Below are positions 12,467 through 22,535 of a stretch of DNA of 64,000 bases, piece by piece. Position 1 is the stretch's first letter. Each line of letters starts with the position of its first letter. The position numbers and the translations under genes are program-made. The stretch is from Narcine bancroftii (Eukaryota), in contig NC_091473.1 in the NCBI RefSeq assembly GCF_036971445.1, forward strand, positions 206,460,001 through 206,524,000, written 5' to 3'. The notes under the pieces were generated by a model. That model was not told where the DNA came from. It was given only the letters and a program-made list of their open reading frames with translations, and made no database searches.

Positions 12467-14273
12467 ATGTTTCGCCGAAATAAAAAGGTGAGCCCTCAGC
12501 AGTTCTTGATTCCTGAATGGACTTCCAAAGACGATGGGTTTGGCATGTTGGCCAAAACCCTGTCTTTGTTGGGACCACCCATTAGTTGGGATGAGAAATT
12601 AGAATCATCAAGTGCACCTCTGGAATAGCGGGTTGCCACTCTCCTTCGAGAAAGAAAGTTTCCTGATAAAAAGGGGACGCTGACGGATGGTTTTTGGTTG
12701 CTGGCCACAGCCTTGCACTACTCCATTCAGCGTGAAGCAGAATAAGTTCAAAGAGAAGTAGAATCTCAGCACAAGAGAAAGCAATTAGAGGAGCAGCTAG
12801 AAGCCATGCGACAATGCTGTTCCATGATGAGCGAGATTGTTTGCACCAGTCAGGACAGAGCCAAAGAATGGGAAGATAAGCATGTCCAAACGATCTGCCG
12901 TAATATTAAACTCCGGCAGCAGCTCTGTGCAGATAAGGAAAGGCAAGGAGTAGAACCCGATCCATATCGTATTCGTGCCATGATAATTAATGGTGACGAT
13001 CCTGATGTAATTGAGGATTGGGATGGGAATATCTGGAATGACAATGGAAGTAATGCAGATACTCCTCAGCATCTGCCTAACATACTACCTTCTCCACCCG
13101 CTGTTCACACCCGCCCCGTTCGGCAGCTGACTTCCCAAAGAGGCGGAAGGGTGGATGATGTAAGGATAGAGATTGAAGGCATAGATACCCCAGTCTCCCA
13201 AGTGGATCCAGGGGCAAATAACCAAACCCCTAATTATGCCCTATGGCCTACTCCCTCTATGGGATGGCCTCGACCTCCTCCCCAAGACTGGGTGGAGGGC
13301 CCTGCGGGCCAAAGTGGGAACAGGGGTCGGTCGGAAGCAGTCAATGATACGTGACTTCTCTGTAAAAGAGCTGGCTGCCATTGGAGATCGATTAAGGCAA
13401 AAGGCAGGAGAAACTCTGGCAGCCTGGCTCATGCATGTCTGGGAACAAGGATGGGGTAATATATTTTTAACCCCTGAGGAATTGTTGGGATTAGGAACAT
13501 TATCCACTGAAATCAGGGTCACTGCTGAGCTGCGGGATAGAGGGAGAGAGATGGATTACTTACTTTCTACTCTAGGGGATGCCCTGCTACAAGTATACCC
13601 ATCACCAGTAGATTGGGATTTACATTGGCAGAACAATTGGAGAACCCCAGAGGAGGGTATAGAAGTAATTCGTCAATAGGCCCTGGCCTCTGCCTTGTAT
13701 GCAGGGCATTTGAGGCTATGGGTACATAGGGGGAGCCATGATGAAGAGATATTCATGGCTGGAATGCATACTAGATTGTTTCGCTCCACCCAACCCACTA
13801 CACGGGGACTGGTTCTGTCCGAAACTAGTGCGCTAATGGGGCACCCGGTGTCTGAGGCAGTGCACGCCTTATCTGGGCTTCAAGAATTAGAATTTGGAGG
13901 TAAATTCCACTCATGTGCAGCCCAGGTTACAGCAGAAAAGCAGAATGAAAAGAGAGGGGCTGGTGCTAATAATGGACCGACAAGAAAGGACCATTTTCTA
14001 ACCTTGTTAAAGTTAGGCGTACCTAAAAGTGATATTGATTGGAAACCTACTGCAGTCCTTTCTGCCTTTTATAAGAGAAAAACAGGGGAACATCATCCCC
14101 AGCTGTTGAGTCCTCCTGGCCCAGCTGTGCCTTCTGCTCCCACTGCTGCTCCTACTGAGCCAGCTTCTCTTCCTCCAGTTATCCGTGATGAGGTACAACA
14201 ATTAATTAACAAGTCTCTTATGGATAATAGTGGCATGTGGGCCTGGAAGCCCCCGAACCCTACTAAATCATGA
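12467..14273 (+). pseudogene. gag: ERV-L-like gag (stops/frameshifts), no zinc knuckle seen
   Basis: FSVKEL..LRQKAGETLAAWLMHVWEQG..I.L and GVPKSDID.KPTAVL motifs resemble ERV-L/Fv1-type Gag; N-terminal predicted coiled coil. Confidence 0.8.
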
Positions 14274-17200
14274 AGGTGTGGGCAGGGCTCCCGTGTCTAC
14301 ACTATTGAGATATGGCGAATACATGGGGACCCACGGCCCTACATACCGTTAACAATCCATTGGGGTGGGGGTAATGACTGCCAATATTTGGCCTTGGTCG
14401 ATACTCGTGCAGAGCACTTGATGATTCCGGGTAACCCTGACCTCTGGATTGGACCGACATATCGAATAGAGAGGTTGGGAGGAGCGTTCACTCCGGGAAA
14501 GGAAATAAAAGTCCATGCCACGGTGGTTGATAGCCCTTCCCCTGTTTGGTTACATTCCCTGGTTGCTGCTACTGATGAGTGTATCCTGGGAATTAATATG
14601 TTGGCCGGTACGGCCCTTAATACTAGCCAAGGGGGATTTGCATTTGGAATTCGGACTATTGCAAAAAACTAGTAGAGCATCAGGTTAAGTGGGATCCTGT
14701 GATGGTGCCACCCCCCATGAAACCAGTGTGCATTCCACAATATTGTCTCCCTGGAGGGCAAGAAGAGATTACTGACACCTTCGATGCTTTGCACGAAGAA
14801 GGGGTAGTGAGGCCCGCAACGTCGCCCTTTAATAGCCCTGTTTGGCCGGTCCCCAAGCCGGACAGCTCCTGGAGAATGACAGTTGATTATCGCTTTTTGA
14901 ACAAACATGCCCCACCACTTGCTTCAGCAGTTCCGGACATTGTTACCCTTATTGAAAACATTGCTACTGGGAACTCAGGAACATGGTATGCTGTCATCGA
15001 TCTCGCTAACGCCTTCTTCAGTATTCTTATAGCTGAGGACTCTCAGGATCAGTTCACTTTACCTGGAAGGGGCGCCAGTGTACCTTCGCTCGCCTCCCTC
15101 AGGGTTATGTACACTGTCCCACTATTTGCCACAGCCTAATTGCCCGTGATCTTGAGACGGTGCCAGCATTGCCTTCCGTTTCGATTCACCATGATGTTGA
15201 TGATGTGATGATCCAAGGGGCCACAGAAGAAATGGCACAGGAATGATTGGAGAGTGTCCAAGATACCCTGATGCAAAGAGTGTGGGCCTTTAATCCCACT
15301 AAGGTACAGGGCCCGTCCCAGACAGTTATTTTCCATGGAATTCAGTGGCATGCTGAAGAAAAAGTTGTTCCCGATAAAGTTCGCAATAAAATCGCAGACT
15401 TGGCCACTCCTACCAACAAAAATGAGACCCAGCATTTCCTGGGGTTATTGGGATACTGGCGACGCCATGTAACACACTTGGCATGCTTTTACGTCCTCTG
15501 TATAAGGTTACTCGAAAGAAAACAGACTTTGCATGGGTAACAATCAGGAAAGGGCGTTCCAGTCCAGCAAGCAGGCTATTCTTCAGGCCCTGCCCATTTC
15601 TCCCCACATCCCAGATACTCCCTACGAACTACAGGTCTCCGTTACTGATGATGTGGCCTGCTGGTGCCTCTGGCATAAACAAGAGGGTCGCCGATTCCCG
15701 CTGGGATTCTTGTCACATACCATGCCTGAGGCTGCCACTCGTTATTCTGTTTTTGAACAACAGTTACTAGTCTGTTTCTGGGCCATGCTGGAGACTGAAA
15801 GAATGATGGGTGATGCTGAAGTTCAATTGCGACCTGCACTTCCAATAATGAATTGGGTTCTGGCTAATGATGCTAATCTAAAGATCGGGCGAGCTCAGCT
15901 GTCTTCTATTGTTAAATGAAAGTGGTATATTCAGAATAGTGCAACCAGAGGGCCTGAAGGGGTGGGCCGCATACATAAACAGGTGGTTGATCTTCCGTCT
16001 CATCATGAGGACGTTGAACCTGCCTTGCCCCCTCCTTTACTCCCATCACCAGTTCAGTGGGGTAAACCATATGATTTGCTCACTCCAGCAGAACAAGAGG
16101 ATGCCTGGTTTACTGATGGTAGCAGCCGGTGGGTGCAAGGAAAGCAAAAGTGGAAAGCAGTGGCTTACCATCCCAAGTCAGGAACTCACTTATCAGGGGA
16201 GGGAGAATGGTGGCTCCAGTCAGTATGCTGAGTTGAAGGCAGTCTCTTTCCCACTAGATCCCCATGATCACCCTCTTTGCCTGTCTACTGATTCCTGGGC
16301 TGTGGCTAATGGACTTGTGGTATGGATGCCTGATTGGCAAAATAACGACTGGATGATACATGACCGCCCAGTGTGGGGCAAAAGGTTGTGGCAGCTGTTG
16401 TGGGTTGCTTCCCACCACCGTGAGATAAATGTGTATCATGTCTACCCAAATGACCACTCTGTTCATATCCCAATCGAGTCAGGGGGACGGTATCAGCACG
16501 GCTGATATTGGCAACCTGATCTACTACTGCATTATGTTGATGCCCATACCAATGTGGCGACTAACATGGCACAACATAATGCAGTAGCAGATCAGCTTGC
16601 CATTATCAGCCACGCTGATAACATCCCCTGGATCGATGGGCACATGAACAGAGTGGTCATTTGGGGGAGAAGGGATCAGCTATGTGGGCCAGAACACATG
16701 CTTTACCCGTCCATCAGGGTGATGTTCACATGGTCATGCGTACAGGCCCAGAATGTCAACTTGTGAAGTCCCATGTCATTCCTCCTGGTCCGCATGGCCG
16801 AATACAACAGGGTGCTCGCCCAGCTGCGGTTTGGCAAATTGATTACATAGGCACTATCCCAGACTATATGCGTAAACGTTACGTCTTAGTAGTGGTTGAT
16901 ATCTTTTCAGGCCTGGTTTTTGCTTTTCCCACCAAGACGGCTGACCCAGCTAGCAATATCCAAGGACAAAACCATTTAATTTCTCGTTATGATGTTCCAG
17001 ACGAGATTCAGCCTGATAATGGCTCGCACTTCTCCAGAAAGGCAATCTGTGATTGGGCAAATGACAACGGTATCTTATGGGTTCACCATATTCCTTATTA
17101 CCCGCAGGCTGCTGGGTTAGTTGAACGAATGAATGGCTTACTGAAGGAACAAATTCGTTTGTTACATCACTGGGAACCCTGAAGGGGTGGTGTCATGTGC

Positions 17201-17498
17201 TGCAGCAGGCAGTCGACAATTTGAATCATCGCCCTTTAAAAAGGAAGTAAACCTTTCCACTGACTTCTTCACGCTTCTGAACTACAGCCAACTCCAGAGG
17301 GAAAACAATCATTGCCCCCCCCCCACTCCTGAACTAGAGAATGCTGGACAAAAAGTATGAGTGGCACCACCAGGTATTGGCCCTCCAGTAAAAGGAGAAA
17401 TAGTGACACCTGCCCAGGGTAACACTCGGTGGCTGGCTATTGAGGGACAGGATGATTTAGTTTGTTTAAACACTGAACGCTTACGGTATCGTGAGTGA
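14274..17498 (+). pseudogene. pol: pro-pol of class III ERV copy 1
   Basis: LVDT(G)AE protease; FNSPVWPVPKPD.SWRMTVDYR, IDLANAFF; YSVFEQQLL; WFTDGSS; integrase WQIDYIG..DNGSHF..VERMNGLLK. Confidence 0.93.
16445..16665. repeat. ~90-bp inverted duplication inside pol (arms ~16445-16538 and ~16573-16665)
   Basis: First arm is the reverse complement of the downstream RNaseH/IN junction; absent from copy 2. Confidence 0.9.
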
Positions 17499-17499
17499 C

Positions 17500-17947
17500 A
17501 TCTGTCAGGCTTCTTTGTTCGAGGTACTCCGTTTTATGCTCCTGGTGATCTGGCTTAACAGTTGCCTTGGTGCCAACAATTGGATTTGTAATAACGAGGA
17601 CGTTCCAAGGGAGTTGCCCATGGGAGACACGGTCCGATGCATTACATCAAGGAAGTCCTCGGTCACCCGCCTCAAGTGCAGCTTATACAGCTTATATGTT
17701 TTTGTTATTATTCAGCATGTTTCGAATTCTGTTTGTGAGCTCCAACGTCTGGGTATTGTGTCCCACAATGATAGTTTGAGCCTTGGTTGGAATCCCTTTT
17801 CATGATTAGCTGGTACATTTGGGGGGTTGGGCCACACTATTCTCCGTTGGTTCCTCCCTTTATTGCTTGTTTTTCGTGATTATTGTAGTTTTGATTGCTC
17901 TTTTATGGTCTTTTTGTACTCTTATGCTTGTCAAGTCTCGTGTCTGA
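17500..17947 (+). pseudogene. Small type I membrane protein ORF at env position (mini-Env), copy 1
   Basis: Signal-like FMLLVIWLNSCLGA, short Cys-containing ectodomain, WNPFS(W)L, hydrophobic TM; one stop, one frameshift and ATC at the start codon position. Confidence 0.7.
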
Positions 17948-17970
17948 CAGCCTGTGACCAAGGGGTGGAA

Positions 17971-18690
17971 TGTAATGGAAGATTCTAACCTGTTTTTATA
18001 ATTTGCTGCTCTTGGTTTCGCAAGGCTGAGAACCTGCTTGTGTTTTAGAATCAGCAGACATAAGCTAAATTCCACCGAAGGGCCAGAGATGCTGTTTTCT
18101 GAAGAAAGGACATCTGTGTACCAAGAACATTTAATCTTCCTGCTTGTTTTATCACAGACTATTAGAGGCCTAGCCTTGATGCAAAATAAATCATTGTATT
18201 CAAAGTGATATGCTGAAAATTATGTTATTCGTTAATAGCCTAGCATGCTAGCTTGCTTGCTTATCTTTCTTGCTGTGCTGGGAATAGGTGCTTGGGTAAG
18301 CAGTTTTTGGGTAATATAAGCCATGATCTAGCTGCTGAAGGCAGAGACTCTCCGAGAGGTTGCAACATCTTTCAGCAAGTAGAAGAACTTCTATAGTCCA
18401 GCCAATGTCCCGGTCAGTGGAGGTGTGGAAACTGCTACCGGCGCCCTGACAACCAACTACAAGTGTGCTGTCATTGCCTCGCTTCGGCAGTTGGAACCAG
18501 TCCAAGCGTTGATAAGTATAGTTGGGAAGGGCTTGCATATTGTAGTGTGAAATCAGCTTTTGAATTTGTAATAAACATTTGTATAAACTGAACTGCTCTC
18601 GGTGTGTGTGTGTCTATTTTCTTTCGGTAGCTGAAACACTGTGACCAATCTAAAATGAACAAAGTGAGAGGTATAAGTTTACCCAAGACA
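17971..18690 (+). repeat. 3' LTR, class III ERV copy 1 (720 bp)
   Basis: TGTAATGG after PPT, ends AAGACA before TSD ATGGG. Confidence 0.95.
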
Positions 18691-19431
18691 ATGGGACAAG
18701 GCTTCTCTCAGAATTAGTTTTGACTATAGTAAAGCCGGATAAGCAGGACACAGCATATAGGTGGCGTCGTAACACGCTATTGTTGAAAACGCTGGAGTTT
18801 TGTAGTTTCATTAGAGCCAAAATAGCTCTGATTTGGAGACAAACTGCTCCTCTACTCCAGTTAAATTCCTTTTGTTGGACACCACTAAGGCATACGTGAG
18901 GGCCCAGATAATTGGGCACACAAAGATGGTCAAGAAAAATTATATGTGGGAGTGGAGGAATTGGAAAAGGACATTGCCCAATTATAGATGGGATTTCAGA
19001 AATAAGGCTCAGATAACCACTTACATATAATATTCTTCAGATGTATAGTATGGAGACGGACCTTATGACTTCGTGGCAAAAGTATTATGAGTTGTGGGAA
19101 GAGCTCGCAAGCTACTCACCTGGTAGTAAAGAGTAGAAGCCTCTAGAGCAATCAATACAATACAAACAGGGAATGGTGAGATCTCGTATAAACCAAGGGG
19201 AAAATTAATGAGACCTTGAAATTATTTTATGAAGTGCTGCATAAATCCGAATTGACCAGGGATTCCAATCGAATGGATGAGTTTTGGGCCAGATTAGATA
19301 TCCCACACTTACACTCGGAGGAGAATGAGGGATTAGTCCTTCTTCTTACAGAGGAAGTCCTGGGGAAAGCATTGAGTTCACGACAAGCTGGAAAGTTTCC
19401 AGAGGAGGACGGATTACCACCTGAGTTCATT

Positions 19432-20710
19432 TTCATTTGAAAAATATATTTACAAATTTTATAAAATGCATACAAAACAATTCACATAAAAAACTATAGC
19501 CCTACTACACCACCCCTCCCCTACCCTCCTCCCACCACACCCTCTTGGTCCCTCCCCCACATCGGAGCAGAATACCCTAATGTGTGGTAATTGTCAGTTG
19601 CTGTGTAGTGTGCCAACCCTTTACATTAAAAACAAACATTTATCTTATATCTAAACCCATTCGTTTCACATATAAACAACAGATTTTAACGAGAAAATTA
19701 TAATTATTTTGTAAGTTATGTTATTTTCTCGAAGTAAATACACGATTTTACTTAATTGTGCCATCGTTGTATATTCAAATCAACATCATTCTTCCACGTA
19801 ACAGCAGTACCTTTTCTAGCCACCGGTAAGCCCAGATGTATAAATGCTATTTGGAATTTATCCAATCGCAAACCCGTCCTTAAAGTATTAGTATAACCCA
19901 GTAAACACAATAACGGATAAAGTTTCAATTCAATCTTGAACGAATCTTCCCAAAATGTTTAACTTTTTCACATGTCCATACTGAATGTGAGGAAGTCCCT
20001 ATCTGTTTTCCACATTGGAAACACAAATCCAAAGAACTAAAACGGTATCTTTTCAACATCATAGGAGTCAAATACAACTGATATAAAAAGTTGTAATTAA
20101 CTTAACTATATCTATATCTCACATTAATTAATTTTCTAACACACTCTGCACACATATTCATCTATTCCTCCTGTGATAATGTAATAGACAAGTCCTTCTC
20201 CCATTTATCCTTCCCTTTGTATAAATCAACCTTAATAATCTTTGGGGTTTTTTTTTCTGTAACAACGCATACATTTCAGAAATGAACCATTTCTTCCCCT
20301 TATCAGCAATTAATACCTCAAATTTAGTTTGTCCAGGTACAACTAAATCCCGTCCAAAATGTTCTAACAGTAAAGCCTGAACTTAATAATAACAAAATAA
20401 AGAGCTTGGTAATATACAATATTTTTCACTGCGTCTGGTAAAAGAAAGAAACGTACTGGCTTCAAAATATCCTCCACCAACTTAATATCTTTTAGTGCCC
20501 AATCTTTCAAATAGGGATTATTAAATGAAAAAGGAATTATTTAATTCTGATCTAATGGGGTCTTTGCTGACATTTTGCCTTTAGTTCCTATAATTTGACC
20601 CCTTTAATACCAAGTATCTGTATTATAACTGGCAATTTATACTTTTGAAAAAGAGAAATATTCCATTTGTGTATAAAATGATACACAATATTCTCAAAAA
20701 TCTGAGCTAA
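19432..20710 (-). mobile_element. L1-clade ORF2 3' part and 3' UTR
   Basis: Minus-strand NYNFLYQLYLTP..LCFQCGKQIGTSSHSVWTC; resembles 8409-10225. Confidence 0.8.
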
Positions 20711-22535
20711 CGCAAGATGGCGTTGGAAGAAGACGTGTGCAAACACCTCTACCTAGCTGATCAATTAATGCCCGAATTATAAAGACATTCAAAACTTTTT
20801 CAGAGTGGCTTAAACTTTGTTTACAGCAATAATGAAGAAAACAAGAGGCCAACTAGTGAAGAAATTAATTTTAAAACGTGCAGAAAGTGCAGAAGAACTG
20901 AGTCCTACCTTCCAGAAAGATCCACGGCAATCGATTGGAGAGGCCACGAAACTGCAGAGGTCTCTGAAGATCAAACTGAGAGTTACTCCGGCGACTTCTT
21001 TGCCTTCAGGGACACATAATGGCGCCGGTGTGGTGTGTCGCTGTATGGAGTGGACGGGAGTGCAAGCACTAGACCCGATGCGCGCCCGTCGAGGCCATTG
21101 AGTGTGAAAGCGAGCGCCCTGACCGAGAACGCGAACACGAACGAATGTACGTTGCCGGCGATGTTGCCGTGACGAGCGCAGCGTCTGAGGACGTTCGCCT
21201 CTGCACCTTGGGTGAACTGGGCATGCGTGAAGAGTCATGCATGCACACCACTCCTGATCGCGCCATGGCTGTGGGCGGGATCATCCAAGAAGAAAACGCT
21301 GAAATTCTGGAAGAAGAGGGGGAAACAATTATTATGGATGTATCAAGAATCATGGTAGGTAGGATACAAAGGTTTAAATCTATTCCTTTACAGACATTTA
21401 AAATGTCTGCTGCTGGAGTTGAACCTGTTAATCCTTTACCAGAAGATTTATTTTGAGAATGGATAATATGGCTGTTCATGTGAGTCAAGGTTTTTCAGAA
21501 GTTTCAGAAGTTAAAACCCAATTTGCTGATTTGCGAGGGGAAATGAAAAACATATTTGAAAAGGTTTCTGCCGTTTAAATAGAGTTAAACATTTGAGAGC
21601 TGTGGATACGGTACGAGATAAGTTTTAAAAAAAAAGATTGAGTAGGCTTTTATTAACTGTAATGATAAGGTGGAGAGATATACTGAATGGATGTACTATG
21701 TTGAATATTCCATTACTGGCTGGTATATTCAGATTAAATAATTCCTGATAAAAATCGATTTGTTGGAAAATCAGAGTTGGCCTAATAATGTTAAGACAGT
21801 AGGTCTACCAGAGATATTGAAGGAATGGATCCTCTAAAGATTTTCCGGGAATGAATCCCAAAAACGTTGCTTGAAGAGGCTTTCCGCGAGGGATTGGAAA
21901 TAAATCGAACACATAGAGTGATAAGGAAAAAAAAACTTTCCCGGTTCAATCTGACGGGCAGTTCTTATTCGATGTCTGTAGTATCACGATTGAGAGTTGA
22001 TTTTATGTCTTGTGGTTAAAAAAAAAACACTAATCGAAATCAAAGCCCTTTGATGATTCAACGCAATAGTTTTTTTAGGCCAATTTGAGTCAAGATGTTA
22101 TTAGGAGATACAAAGAATTTAATCCTGCGAAAGCTGTTCTGTGGGAGAAAAGGGTATAGATTTGCCTTACCATTCTTAGCTGTTTCGACGGTGTTTTATG
22201 GAAATTTTCAGGCTCAGTTTGTTTCAAAATTAGAGAGATGCTTTAACCTTTGACAATTCTTTGCCAGATAATGAGGCAAGTTATGAGTTGCACAAGCAGT
22301 CGAATAGGTATTTGAAGAAGAATGGGAATGGAAACAGAAAGAATGCACGAAAAACTCATCGATTCATTGCGATGGAAGGAGAGGATCAAGATGATTGTGA
22401 AATAGCATCTGTGGGCTAAATGTCATTATTTTATATATTTTCGTCTGTGGAGAAAGGTTGTGTGGTGTGGTGGACGACTCTGAAATGTTCGAAGTCGTTT
22501 TGACCACGCCCAGTCTAGAGAGGGTGTATCACTAA
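20711..22535 (+). mobile_element. L1-clade 5' UTR and decayed ORF1
   Basis: Begins near CAAGATGGCG (YY1-type core seen at L1 5' ends); ORF1 remnants LENQSWPNNVKTVGLPEILKE and LEINRTHR. Confidence 0.7.

Larger units (their letters stand above)
11734..18690 (+). mobile_element. Class III (ERV-L/ERV-S-like) provirus, copy 1, complete LTR to LTR
   Basis: Paired LTRs, PBS, PPT AAGGGGTGGAA, 5-bp TSD ACGGG/ATGGG, gag and pol remnants. Confidence 0.93.
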
